Shown here: positions 1-9,993 of the stretch, in pieces
Layout: the number at the start of each line of letters is the position of its first letter
How positions within the stretch are numbered: the first letter of the stretch is position 1
Source: an uncultured Prochlorococcus sp.
GTDB lineage: Bacteria > Cyanobacteriota > Cyanobacteriia > PCC-6307 > Cyanobiaceae
DNA length: 64,000 nt
NCBI GenBank assembly: GCA_902572825.1
Contig: CACGHD010000003.1
Location: forward strand, 5,238 to 69,237
Direction of reading: 5' to 3'
Position numbers and translations under genes: made by a program
Notes under the pieces: generated by a model
Seen by the model: the letters and a program-made list of their open reading frames with translations, nothing else
The model's database searches: none
Told to the model about the DNA's origin: nothing

Positions 1-80
1 CCTTAATTGTGTAAATATCAAAAATTATATTTTACATAATAATTTAAGTGTATAATTTCAGTTAATTAAACTTTAAAAGA

Positions 81-1409
81 TTGATTTCTGATTACGAAAA
101 CATATGTGTAATTGATTCTTTTAAAAACAATGTAAGAACAAAGAAAATTCAAATTTGTTCAAAGTATTTGACTAAAAAAAATATATTTTCTGAAGAAAAT
201 ACAAAGAAATTATTTTCAAATATTTTTCTTGAAGCAAAAAATACTGATTCTCTTGAAGCTCTCCTCTGCCTTAGATGCAGGGTAAGTTATCCAATTAAAA
301 ATGCTATTGGAACACTTTATAAAAAAAATAGGTCAATTTATGAAATTGATTATTTAGATATGATGACCTATGTTTTAGATGATTATGGTGAAAATTTTCT
401 AAAGGTTTCGAATGATTCAAATAAAAATATAAAAATAATCGAAAAAGCATTTAAATGGAGCAACGTTATTAAGGTAGAGAAAAATAAATTACGTCCTTTT
501 GGGGCAAGAGTACTTTTAGATTTTAATTCTGAGCTATCAAATATAGATACCTGGACCTTTCACAAAGTTAGATCAAATTCTGAGCTTAAATCTTATTTAA
601 AAAGCTTTGGCTTAAATCTTAAAGGAACATGGTCCTTAATTTCTGAGCAAAGCCCATCAAGAGTAAGAGAGGCATGGAGACTTTATGGAGAATTACCAAT
701 TAATACGAGAGAAATAGAAAGTCTCCATAAGTCATATGTACAAAACTATAAAAAAGCTAAAACAGAATATAGAAAATATAAAAATACTATGATGGGTTGG
801 GAACCTGATCTAGAATTCCTCCAATCACTTAAACCTAAACAAAAAGATACTGTAATTCTTGAAAAGATAGGAAAAGCAATTAGAAGACTTATATCTGTCA
901 ATCAAGGTTCATCACAGAACTCAATTCAATTTGAAAATATGAGCAGAGAAGAGGTCATTAAAAATGAACTCTATACTTCTGATTTAATTTTTGATTCTGA
1001 TTCAATTGATAATGAGAAAGACATATTACAAAAAACTATAAAAGAAGCTACTTTTTCAGTAGTTAAAAATATTGTTGATAATCAATATTTGGAATTAGAG
1101 GAAAATGACACTAGAAGATTAGCCTGGGAATTATATGCAGAAGGATTTAGTCAAAGGGATATAGCAACAAGGTGTGATCATAAGCAAGCTTGGGTTAGTA
1201 AACTAATAAAAGAAAAAATCATTCTTGAGAGAATTTCCTTACTAGCGGTAACTAAATTAAAGGACTATCCTGAATTTAAAATTCTGAAAAGAGAACCTGA
1301 GAAAATTGATAATTTAATTATGCAATTGCAAATATATTTAATTTCTAAACAACCTGATTATCATAATTCAATTTTAAAAGAGGTCCTTAAGGAGGTAATA
1401 AATAAATGA
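81..1409 (+). CDS. Sigma-70-like protein of the cyanobacterial family found upstream of DUF1822 genes
   Basis: LCLRCRVS...VLDDYG...LDFNSELSNIDTWT (region-2-like) and C-terminal sigma4-type HTH LYAEGFSQRDIATRCDHKQAWVSKLI; stop overlaps next start. Confidence 0.65.
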   Translation: MISDYENICVIDSFKNNVRTKKIQICSKYLTKKNIFSEENTKKLFSNIFLEAKNTDSLEALLCLRCRVSYPIKNAIGTLYKKNRSIYEIDYLDMMTYVLDDYGENFLKVSNDSNKNIKIIEKAFKWSNVIKVEKNKLRPFGARVLLDFNSELSNIDTWTFHKVRSNSELKSYLKSFGLNLKGTWSLISEQSPSRVREAWRLYGELPINTREIESLHKSYVQNYKKAKTEYRKYKNTMMGWEPDLEFLQSLKPKQKDTVILEKIGKAIRRLISVNQGSSQNSIQFENMSREEVIKNELYTSDLIFDSDSIDNEKDILQKTIKEATFSVVKNIVDNQYLELEENDTRRLAWELYAEGFSQRDIATRCDHKQAWVSKLIKEKIILERISLLAVTKLKDYPEFKILKREPEKIDNLIMQLQIYLISKQPDYHNSILKEVLKEVINK

Positions 1410-2620
1410 TAGAAGAAAACAAAAATATAAATGAGGATAGAATAGATGCATACCCTATTCCACAAGAAGCTGTAATTTTAGATGATAAAAAGGTATTAGA
1501 TTTAAGCCAAGTAGTAATGTTGGCTATTAAGCAAATTATAAAAGACAGAGGTATAAGTTTAAAAATTAAAAAGAAGGGAAAAAATACTGCTGAAGATTGT
1601 GTTTTTGAAATAAATAATTTTTCTATTCAGGTTGTTTATACAGGAATTACTTCAGACCATATAATTGTTCCTTTGAAGAGATGGTACAAATTAAATGATT
1701 CTCCTCAAATAATACTGGCAGCAAGTATTGATGAAGAAAATAATATTATTTTCTTCAATGGAATAATTACAGCTAAAGAATTTATCAATATATTTTTAGA
1801 AAGGAATGCAAAAAATCAAACCTTTGAAATATCATTAAATCAATTTAAAGGAGGTATAAATAGACTATTAAGTTTCGTTGAAATACTTGATTCTAAAGCT
1901 TTATCAAAATCAGGATTAACTAGTAAATTAAATTCCCATGATTCTTTATTAAAAAAAATAGGTTTTTCGAGAAGAAATATATCTATTGGTGCGCTTGTTC
2001 TTGGTTCAATAATCTTTGGGCCTGCAATTCTTAAACCCAGAATTTCTTATAATTTGGCTTCAATTAAATTAAGTGAAGTTGAAATACTCTCAAATACAAG
2101 GGGTAATGATGTAGATAATATCTATCCAAAGTTATGTATATTAAGTCCTTATCTCTCTCCTTCAAAAAGTAATAAAATTCAAGTCTCTAATATATTTTTC
2201 GATAAACCTATTATTTATACACCTGATCCACTTAATGAAATTATTATTTCTAAAAATGGCAAAGTGATATGGAGTAAAAAAGGATTATCTATTAATGAAA
2301 GAATTTTAGGACCTATAAATTGGCCTATTGATCCATTAAAGCCAAATGAAGAATATATGTTAAGTCTTAGGCCAAAAGGGATACCTTCAGGGGAGTTTGG
2401 TAATATTTTGATCTCTGCGAGTCCTGAATTAATTAGATTAGATGATCTTGTTGATTCACTTGGTGAAAATAAAAATAAATGGATCAAAACAATAAATAAA
2501 ATGTTCAAAGAAGATAAAAATCTTGCTTTCGCATTACTTTTATCTAATAAATTGCCTGAATCAAATATTTTGAATGAGTATAAAAATAAATTTATTTCTA
2601 TAGAGGGTTGCGTAAAATAA
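1406..2620 (+). CDS. Putative membrane-anchored anti-sigma factor: DUF1822-like N-domain, one TM helix, DUF928-like C-domain
   Basis: IILAASIDEENNIIFFNGII..FEISLNQF resembles DUF1822; TM ISIGALVLGSIIFGPAIL; NTRG..LCILSP..P after the TM resembles DUF928; coupled to the sigma-like gene. Confidence 0.55.
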   Translation: MIEENKNINEDRIDAYPIPQEAVILDDKKVLDLSQVVMLAIKQIIKDRGISLKIKKKGKNTAEDCVFEINNFSIQVVYTGITSDHIIVPLKRWYKLNDSPQIILAASIDEENNIIFFNGIITAKEFINIFLERNAKNQTFEISLNQFKGGINRLLSFVEILDSKALSKSGLTSKLNSHDSLLKKIGFSRRNISIGALVLGSIIFGPAILKPRISYNLASIKLSEVEILSNTRGNDVDNIYPKLCILSPYLSPSKSNKIQVSNIFFDKPIIYTPDPLNEIIISKNGKVIWSKKGLSINERILGPINWPIDPLKPNEEYMLSLRPKGIPSGEFGNILISASPELIRLDDLVDSLGENKNKWIKTINKMFKEDKNLAFALLLSNKLPESNILNEYKNKFISIEGCVK

Positions 2621-2625
2621 ACTAT

Positions 2626-5355
2626 TTAAAATTTTATGGGATTCCAATCTCCGCTTAGTTGAAAAGCTGCCCAGATATAAGGCGATCTAAGTTTTTTGTT
2701 TGGATGTTTTCTAAAAAATTCTTTTGTTTCTACTAAAGCTTCTGATTTCCCTTTACCTTCTTTAATTTTTTTATAAAAATATTCCATAAATTTTGCCGTG
2801 CCATCATCACTTACCTTCCATAAGGAGAGTAAACTAGACTTTGCTCCAGCTACTGAAATTGCTCTTTTAAGTCCATATATACTATCTCCAGTACTCGGCA
2901 TTATGGCTCCTCTGCCAGAATCACATCCAGAAATAACAACTAGTTCAGTGCCCTCTAATTCCAATCTTGAAAATTCTAAAGCTGTTAAATATCCATCATT
3001 ATTTGGATTGTTTGTTTTATTATTTACACCAGATAAAACAATTCCACTCCTCATCATGGGATGAGCATTCATTTCTTTAATATTAAAAAAATAAGAATGG
3101 CTAGCTATGTGTAATATTTTAGGATTTTGATTTTTAAAAATAAATTCTTCGGTAGCATTTTTACCCATAACGAGTTCTGCTTCAATTATTTTAGAAATCG
3201 CCAATCCTTCTTTTTTAGTCCCCTTTAATGTTGGCCATTCAACTAAAGGAAATTTATTTTTTTGCCTTTTAATATCACCAAAAAGTGATTTATTATTTTT
3301 TTTACCAAACTCCGGAGCAGCAATTATGATACTTTGGTTGCTATTAGAATTTGAATTAATTTTAACTAATTCTCTGCCAGTAGTTAAAAGTCTTACATTA
3401 AAAATTTGATTCAGATATCTATTACTTTTTGGCGCCTTTAGTGCTGAAAAAGGGACTAAATTTATATCACTATCTGGAGAAATATATAGGTTTTTAAAAT
3501 TTTTGAAATCTTCGTATAGAGGATCTAAAATTGCATCTGAAATCAAATCCCATAGTTCATTTGATTTCTCTGGGAATTCTTTTACATTCAAAATAGCTTC
3601 ATTTATATATTCATTTATTTTCTTTGACTTTCCTAAATCAATAACTTTACTCTCTCCATTTGGTTTGAGAAGTATTGCTAAATATCCCTTTTCTGGGAAA
3701 GGTATATCAGTTAAATTTCTGTTTTCTGAATATAAGTATTTACCAAATTTATAATATGACTGAAATTCAATTAAAATTGAATCATTAGAAAGAACTTCTG
3801 TAATTTGATTTTTATCAATAATTCTTGGTTTATATTCAGGTATTCTCTGATATAGTTTCTTTTCTATATTTGATTTTATTATTACCTTCTTTGACCATTC
3901 TTCTGAACCTCTTTCAAATTTTGTAAGTTCTTGGTTTACTTTTTTTAATTGGCTATATAATTCATTATTTTTAGTTAAGCCTTTGATTATTTTATATTGC
4001 TTCCTTTCGATTTCCTCTAATAAACCTTGCTTATTTAATCTGCCAAATAATGCAATATCTGGATTGACTTTTCCTAAAGCTGCATGACTATAAAGAATAA
4101 GAAAATCGTCTTCATAACCTAATAGGAAATATGGCCTATCATCTAAAGGTAAAAATGGAGCTTCTCTTTGAATAACATATAAATTATTTTCTAATGCTTC
4201 TTTTAATAGATTTGAGCCATTTTGGTTGCGATTCTGTTCAAAGTATATTCCACTTAGATTAATAAGGATTTGATTTGTCAAAGGATGATATTTGCCAAGC
4301 TTTTTTTCTGATATTTCTTGAGCATCTTTATAATTTTCTTCAGCCTTTCCAAGCATTCCTAGTCCTTCATAATTTGAAGCTAAATTATTCAATGTATTAG
4401 CAACGTCAGGATGCTCACTACCTAATATTTCCTTTCTAGCTATTAGTATTTCTTCAAGAATTATTATTGCCTTCTGAAATTTATTATTTTCCTGATACAA
4501 ACCTGCAAGATGCTCTTTAGTATTAATCGTTTTAATGTGATTAGTACCTAAAATCTCTTCATCAATTTCGAGTGCTCGCTTTATAAAAGATTCTGCTTCA
4601 TATAGATAGTAATCATATTTACCTGGAGTAAATCTTTTTTGAAGATAAAGGCTTCCTAAATTAAGGAGTATCATTGAAACTTTTTCACTTTTAAATATCT
4701 TATTTTTTATAAGTATGTCTAATGCTCTTTGAAAATTAAATTCCGAAACATTCAGAAGATTTTGATTTTTATATAGTAGTCCTAAATTATTTAAGGTTGA
4801 TACCAATAAAATGTCGTTCTGACCATATATTTTTTCTTTAAGCTTCAATGCACCTTCTAACTCCAACTCTGCTTTACCTAATAAACCTTTTTCAGAATAA
4901 AGGAGACCTAAACTATTCCTTGCATCAGCCAAAGCTTTAAAATCAGGTTTTTCTTTATTTGAAAATATATCTATACTTTTCTGATAATGTATTTCTGAAT
5001 TTTTAAATTCACCTAAATTTCTATATGTTGAACCTAAATGTAAATTTGCAAAACCAGTAAGTTCATGATCTTCTCCAAAGTATATTTTAACTTTTTCAAG
5101 TATTTCTCTCCTTATTTGTAGAAGATCCTCAAATCTCTGTTCTTCTTCTGCTTTATCAGCTTCAATAAAAAGAATTTCAAATTCTTTAACTTTTGTTTTT
5201 GCATTTTCAATATTTTTTTCATACATTATTTTTTCATGCCATTTTACCTGAGCTTTTAAAGGTAAAATATCTCCACTTGAAATTAGTGAGAGCAAACAAA
5301 AAATTGATAATAAAGCTTTTGGATTATAGATTTTCAAAAGTAATTTGTTAATCAC
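2626..5355 (-). CDS. Exported TPR-CHAT (caspase-like) protease
   Basis: N-terminal signal-like segment; kinesin-light-chain-type TPRs (LGSEHPDVANTLNNLA); CHAT His (ILHIASHS) and Cys (VISGCDSG); SLWKVSD; PYIWAAFQLSG. Confidence 0.9.
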   Translation of the reverse strand: MINKLLLKIYNPKALLSIFCLLSLISSGDILPLKAQVKWHEKIMYEKNIENAKTKVKEFEILFIEADKAEEEQRFEDLLQIRREILEKVKIYFGEDHELTGFANLHLGSTYRNLGEFKNSEIHYQKSIDIFSNKEKPDFKALADARNSLGLLYSEKGLLGKAELELEGALKLKEKIYGQNDILLVSTLNNLGLLYKNQNLLNVSEFNFQRALDILIKNKIFKSEKVSMILLNLGSLYLQKRFTPGKYDYYLYEAESFIKRALEIDEEILGTNHIKTINTKEHLAGLYQENNKFQKAIIILEEILIARKEILGSEHPDVANTLNNLASNYEGLGMLGKAEENYKDAQEISEKKLGKYHPLTNQILINLSGIYFEQNRNQNGSNLLKEALENNLYVIQREAPFLPLDDRPYFLLGYEDDFLILYSHAALGKVNPDIALFGRLNKQGLLEEIERKQYKIIKGLTKNNELYSQLKKVNQELTKFERGSEEWSKKVIIKSNIEKKLYQRIPEYKPRIIDKNQITEVLSNDSILIEFQSYYKFGKYLYSENRNLTDIPFPEKGYLAILLKPNGESKVIDLGKSKKINEYINEAILNVKEFPEKSNELWDLISDAILDPLYEDFKNFKNLYISPDSDINLVPFSALKAPKSNRYLNQIFNVRLLTTGRELVKINSNSNSNQSIIIAAPEFGKKNNKSLFGDIKRQKNKFPLVEWPTLKGTKKEGLAISKIIEAELVMGKNATEEFIFKNQNPKILHIASHSYFFNIKEMNAHPMMRSGIVLSGVNNKTNNPNNDGYLTALEFSRLELEGTELVVISGCDSGRGAIMPSTGDSIYGLKRAISVAGAKSSLLSLWKVSDDGTAKFMEYFYKKIKEGKGKSEALVETKEFFRKHPNKKLRSPYIWAAFQLSGDWNPIKF

Positions 5356-5374
5356 ATTATTTTTAATTTATTTT

Positions 5375-5734
5375 TTAAAAGTAACCGAATTTAGATAATC
5401 CTTTTTTAAATTCATATTTTAAATATGTTCCACAAGTTTTTGTTGCTTCAGAAATTGTATCACCAGAATAAATTGAGGTACCTAAGCAATCGCAATAAGC
5501 TTTATATGCTGGTTTCAATATTTGATTTTTTACCTTACTATTTCCAATCTCGTTTCTTAATTTAATAAATTGTGGAGAAGAAAATCGAGGATCATTTGTA
5601 GATTTTCTAATCATATTATTGGGACATTCTCTCTTTGAATATTCCAAAAATTCTTTTTTTTCACTATTACTTAATTGAGCATCTGCTCTGATATTAAAAA
5701 AAAACAGAAAGAATAAAAATATAAAATACTTCAT
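5375..5734 (-). CDS. Small exported Cys-containing protein upstream of the CHAT gene
   Basis: Signal peptide MKYFIFLFFLFFFNIRADA; four Cys including YCDC; 19 bp before the CHAT ORF. Confidence 0.6.
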   Translation of the reverse strand: MKYFIFLFFLFFFNIRADAQLSNSEKKEFLEYSKRECPNNMIRKSTNDPRFSSPQFIKLRNEIGNSKVKNQILKPAYKAYCDCLGTSIYSGDTISEATKTCGTYLKYEFKKGLSKFGYF

Positions 5735-5768
5735 CAGAAATTTTTTTTATGATAACACGACTTTTTTT

Positions 5769-5797
5769 GGAATCAGTACTGAGAACCTACAACTATA
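5769..5797 (+). promoter_or_regulatory. Bipartite motif copy 1, GGAATCA-N15-AACTATA
   Basis: 28 nt upstream of ATG 5826. Confidence 0.75.
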
Positions 5798-5825
5798 TAT
5801 TCATAAATAAAAATAGTTACTTATC

Positions 5826-6848
5826 ATGAATCCTGTTGAGCTGATTGATTTTCTTGAAAAACTTATCTCTAAAAATTTAAATATAAGTACTATGATCTGG
5901 GGTCCTCCAGGCATTGGTAAATCAAGTATTGTTGCAGCTGCTGCAGAGAAGGCAGGTATTGATTTCATTGATCTTCGTTTAAGTCAATTAGCTCCAACTG
6001 ATTTAAGAGGTTTACCCGTCCCAGTTCATCCTAATAAGGGTGAAGAATATGGCATATCAAAATGGTATCCTCCAGAATTCTTGCCTAGAGAAGGGAAAGG
6101 AATTCTGTTTCTTGATGAATTGAATATGGCTCCACCTGTAATGCAAGGAGTCGCTCAACAATTAATACTAGATAGAAAAATTGGAAGTTATAAAGTACCT
6201 GAGGGATGGATAATCCTTTCTGCAGGAAATCGAAAGGAAGATCGTGCTTCTGTCTTTGAAATGCCATCACCTCTTGCAAACAGATTTATTCATTTAGAAG
6301 TAGAAGCTAATTATGAAAGTTTTAAAAAATATGCTGTAAATAAAAATATTTCAGAGGAAGTTACTTCATTTTTGGCATTTAGACCAAAATTACTTCATTC
6401 AATGAAGGCAGATCAAAAAGCATGGCCCTCTCCTAGGTCATGGGAAATGGCAAGTAAATTATTTAATTCGGGAATCCCAATAGATATTGCTGTTGGAGAA
6501 GGAGCGGCTTCAGAATTTAATTCATTTTTAAATGTTTATAAGAGGATTCCTAATCTTGAAATCATATTGAAAGGTAAGGGTAAAAAAATTAAATTTCCGA
6601 AACAGATTTCAGGTCAATGGGCTACAACTACAGGTCTAATATATCGATCAAAGAATGCTCATCAAGTAAAGAATGTTTTTACTTGGTTAATAGAAAACTC
6701 AACTCCAGAATGGGTTCAACTTTATGCTTCGGATATCGTAAATACCTTTAAAAATAATGGAAAATTATCTGAACTTGCAATGTGCGTTATGAATGATCCA
6801 ATAATAATTAAGTATTTTAAAGGCTTTGAAGAGATTTTAAATAAATAA
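5826..6848 (+). CDS. MoxR/AAA_5-type AAA+ ATPase
   Basis: Walker A GPPGIGKS, Walker B LFLDELN, SAGNR, PLANRF, PSPRSW. Confidence 0.9.
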   Translation: MNPVELIDFLEKLISKNLNISTMIWGPPGIGKSSIVAAAAEKAGIDFIDLRLSQLAPTDLRGLPVPVHPNKGEEYGISKWYPPEFLPREGKGILFLDELNMAPPVMQGVAQQLILDRKIGSYKVPEGWIILSAGNRKEDRASVFEMPSPLANRFIHLEVEANYESFKKYAVNKNISEEVTSFLAFRPKLLHSMKADQKAWPSPRSWEMASKLFNSGIPIDIAVGEGAASEFNSFLNVYKRIPNLEIILKGKGKKIKFPKQISGQWATTTGLIYRSKNAHQVKNVFTWLIENSTPEWVQLYASDIVNTFKNNGKLSELAMCVMNDPIIIKYFKGFEEILNK

Positions 6849-6850
6849 TT

Positions 6851-8011
6851 ATGGAAAAAACTAATGAAGAAAATCTAGCTCAATATATTAGTGCTACAAG
6901 AATTAGGTTGAGAAAGACATCGCCATTCTTTGCTGCATTATCACTTTATGCAGAAATAGATTTTAATCAACATGTTCCATTAGCACGTACTAATGGAAAA
7001 AAAATAATCTTCAATCCTAATACTTATTTTAAATTGCCACCTAAAGAAAGAGATGGAGTTTATTTACATGAACTTCTACATATGGCACTTTTACATACTT
7101 TTAGAAGAGGGATAAGAGATCCTAAAATATTTAATATAGCTGCAGATATAGTTGTAAATGGAATGATAGAAAACGAAGGTAAAGTAAAAATACCTTCATT
7201 TGGAATAAGAGATAAAAAATTAGAGCATTTAAGTGTTGAAGAGGTTTATGAAATTCTTTTAAAAAATAAAAATAACTATAAGGAAGAGTTTGACGACTTA
7301 ATTTATGAGGATAAAGATAAAGATGAATTTGAAGGAAATCCTAATAAACCTAATGGTTTGGATATAAATTCTGAGAAAGAAATAAGAAATTTCTGGAAGC
7401 AAGCAATTAACGATTCAAGATTAATAGCTAAATCAGCTGGACAAAATAAATTTCCAGATTCCTTTGAGCGAAATTTTGCAGAGATTACAGAGCCTGAAAT
7501 AGATTGGAAAATTAAGCTTTGGAATTATTTAGTAAAAACACCAAGTGATTTTGGAGATTTTGATAGAAGATTTATATATTCAGGACTTTATTTAGAAAAT
7601 CTTGAGGGAGAGAGTGTAGATGTATTTTGTTGTATAGATACAAGTGGATCAATATTAGATAGCGAAATAAATAAGTTCATGGGAGAGGTTAAAGGTATCC
7701 TAAATTCTTATCCAAATATAAACTTTAAATTATGGTATGCAGATCATAATTGTTATGGCCCTTATAAGATCGAATCATTTAATAATATTCCTCGTCCACA
7801 AGGAGGAGGAGGTACTGATTTTGAGCCATTCTTTGACATATTAAAAAATAATGAGAAAAAATATAGGCAAGGAGTTTCTATTTATCTTACTGATGGCTAT
7901 GGTTATTTCCCAGAGAAAGAACCAGAAATACCAATTTTGTGGGTAATAGTTCCAGGCGGTGCAGAAAATAGTTATTTCCCTTACGGAGAGATCATAAGAC
8001 TAACAAGTTAG
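6851..8011 (+). CDS. DUF2201-like metallopeptidase-vWA protein
   Basis: HELLH zincin motif, NIAADIVVN, MIDAS IDTSGS, GGGGTDF, LTDG. Confidence 0.85.
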   Translation: MEKTNEENLAQYISATRIRLRKTSPFFAALSLYAEIDFNQHVPLARTNGKKIIFNPNTYFKLPPKERDGVYLHELLHMALLHTFRRGIRDPKIFNIAADIVVNGMIENEGKVKIPSFGIRDKKLEHLSVEEVYEILLKNKNNYKEEFDDLIYEDKDKDEFEGNPNKPNGLDINSEKEIRNFWKQAINDSRLIAKSAGQNKFPDSFERNFAEITEPEIDWKIKLWNYLVKTPSDFGDFDRRFIYSGLYLENLEGESVDVFCCIDTSGSILDSEINKFMGEVKGILNSYPNINFKLWYADHNCYGPYKIESFNNIPRPQGGGGTDFEPFFDILKNNEKKYRQGVSIYLTDGYGYFPEKEPEIPILWVIVPGGAENSYFPYGEIIRLTS

Positions 8012-8019
8012 GCAGCTAA

Positions 8020-8047
8020 GGAATCAATTTTAATTCTTAGAACTATA
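8020..8047 (+). promoter_or_regulatory. Bipartite motif copy 2, GGAATCA-N14-AACTATA
   Basis: 28 nt upstream of ATG 8076. Confidence 0.75.
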
Positions 8048-8075
8048 TAAAAGTAATTAAATAATTATCTTTATT

Positions 8076-8576
8076 ATGAGAATTCCAAAAGAAAATCTTA
8101 CACATGAATTTGTCGCCGAGATTTTAGATTTGTTTCAGGTAAACGCAAAAACTTCTGTCAGTAATTTTGTTTTGATAAAGGATAATTATCAGTCCACAAT
8201 TCATATAAATAAAGATGAGGATTTTATAGAGTTTATTTCTACTTTAGAAGTAAGAGATTTTGGAAAAATATATTTATCTTTTCTTGAATTTATAATGAAA
8301 AGCCATAATAGAAATTTCAATGTTGATCTTGATGATTGTATTAATAAAAATGGTTCTAACGATATAACATTTTTATTTAAATATGATTTGAGAAATAAAA
8401 GTCATATTGAAGATATTGAAATCCTTAATCTACATAATTTATTTGAAAGTCTTTTATATAAAGCTAACCATATTTGTAGGGAAATATTTCTTATAAAAAG
8501 AGTAAATGAACTTAATGCTAAAGAAAAAGAATTAATAAAGGATATAAATAAACTAGAAAGAATATATAGAAAATAA
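8076..8576 (+). CDS. Hypothetical protein (possibly YbjN/chaperone-like fold plus C-terminal coiled coil)
   Basis: 166-aa ORF after motif copy 2; fold guess is weak. Confidence 0.5.
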   Translation: MRIPKENLTHEFVAEILDLFQVNAKTSVSNFVLIKDNYQSTIHINKDEDFIEFISTLEVRDFGKIYLSFLEFIMKSHNRNFNVDLDDCINKNGSNDITFLFKYDLRNKSHIEDIEILNLHNLFESLLYKANHICREIFLIKRVNELNAKEKELIKDINKLERIYRK

Positions 8577-8579
8577 AAA

Positions 8580-9101
8580 ATGGAAAAAAATAATTCAAAT
8601 ATTGATTTTTCTGAAAAAGATGAATCACCATATCTTAAATATCTTAAAGAAGGTACTAAGAAATTTTATGAAAATGATTTCTCTGGTTCTTTGAAATTGT
8701 TAAATATGGCAATAAGACTAGGCTGTAATGATAGGTATGTATTTTGGAGAAGAGGTTGCGCAAAAAGTAGGTTAGGTGATCACAAAGGAGCAAATTCTGA
8801 TTTCCGCCAATTCGGTACTCATCTAGAGACTGAATATATGCATAAATTATTAAAAGACAAAGTTTCGGAAAAGTCTAATTTCACAGATGAATGCGTTGAT
8901 TTGATTGTATGCTCATTAAACTCTCAAGAGCTAAAAGTAATAACTAATCGATTCGGTCTTGTAGATGGAATATTTAGGACTCAAAGAGAAGTGGGAACTT
9001 TTCTGGGCATAACAAGGCAAAGAGTTTCACAAATTGAATCTAAGGCAATAAAGAAGATAATGATAGCGAAGTCTTTAGAAAATTTATTTGAGAAAAAATA
9101 A
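8580..9101 (+). CDS. TPR plus sigma-70 region 4 fusion protein
   Basis: TPR (YVFWRRGCAKSRLGDHKGANSDF) and RpoD-like region 4 (LNSQELKVITNRFGL..TQREVGTFLGITRQRVSQIESKAIKKI). Confidence 0.85.
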   Translation: MEKNNSNIDFSEKDESPYLKYLKEGTKKFYENDFSGSLKLLNMAIRLGCNDRYVFWRRGCAKSRLGDHKGANSDFRQFGTHLETEYMHKLLKDKVSEKSNFTDECVDLIVCSLNSQELKVITNRFGLVDGIFRTQREVGTFLGITRQRVSQIESKAIKKIMIAKSLENLFEKK

Positions 9102-9103
9102 AT

Positions 9104-9514
9104 TCAAATATCAAAAAAACTTCTAATCAGACTAATAATCTCCAACGGTATTATATTCAACTCTAATTTATTCTCTTGAATAACTTCAGAGTCTAAATCT
9201 AAAGCCTTTTTAAAATCATCAATTCCCTTATCTAAATTGTTGATCTTAATATATGCAATTCCTCTAAGAAAGAATTCTTTTGCTCTTATGTAATTAAAGT
9301 CTCGGGGTGATATTGAACGTCTTATATATCTATAACAACCATTAGTATTTGATATATCAATGGCATAGGTAAAATCTTCTGTTGACTTTTCATAGTATTT
9401 ATTCTTAAAATATAAAATACCCCTATTATGGTAAGCAGCAAATACTTCGTAAATATTGTTGTTATTTCGTATCTGTTTTGTGTAGAAGTTAATATTTAGA
9501 TTTGGTTTTTTCAT
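9104..9514 (-). CDS. TPR protein (paralogue array)
   Basis: AYHNRG..YEKSTEDFTYAI; FFLRGIAYIKINNLDKGIDDF; shared C-terminal motif. Confidence 0.8.
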   Translation of the reverse strand: MKKPNLNINFYTKQIRNNNNIYEVFAAYHNRGILYFKNKYYEKSTEDFTYAIDISNTNGCYRYIRRSISPRDFNYIRAKEFFLRGIAYIKINNLDKGIDDFKKALDLDSEVIQENKLELNIIPLEIISLIRSFFDI

Positions 9515-9554
9515 TAATTTATTAATAGAGTTTAAATCGAGTTTTTAAATACTT

Positions 9555-9971
9555 TTAGTTCAAAGCAGCTAGATATTTAAATGTCGATTTAATATGATCT
9601 GGTAATTTTTCTATTAGATAAGTTTTTTCCTTAATTATTTTTGGATATATTTCGATTGATTTTATAAAATCATTTGTTCCTTCTTTTTTATTGCCTTTTC
9701 TAAAATGAGCGATGCCTCTTATTAAAAAAATTCTTGAAATCCAATTATTATTGTAAATTTTCTTGATTTCATAAGGTATATTTTTTTCTTTATTTAAAAT
9801 CTCTAGATAATCAAGGCATTTATTAGAGTCAGATATTACGGAATTAAATTTCTCAATTTCCAGATTTAAAAAAGCTCTCATTCTATATAAATCTAATTTT
9901 CTTTGGATAGAAATGTTTTTGTTTTTTATCTCTTTATTAATTGAATTTATTATTAGGATTCTATGCTCCAT
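9555..9971 (-). CDS. TPR protein (paralogue array)
   Basis: IFLIRGIAHFRKGNKKEGTNDFIKSIEIYP; shared C-terminal motif. Confidence 0.8.
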   Translation of the reverse strand: MEHRILIINSINKEIKNKNISIQRKLDLYRMRAFLNLEIEKFNSVISDSNKCLDYLEILNKEKNIPYEIKKIYNNNWISRIFLIRGIAHFRKGNKKEGTNDFIKSIEIYPKIIKEKTYLIEKLPDHIKSTFKYLAALN

Positions 9972-9993
9972 GTTGTCTGAATTTATTAGAAAA

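Noticed and set aside
2215-3754. ORFs 2215-2508, 2798-3064 and 3503-3754
   Set aside because: Antisense shadows of well-supported genes
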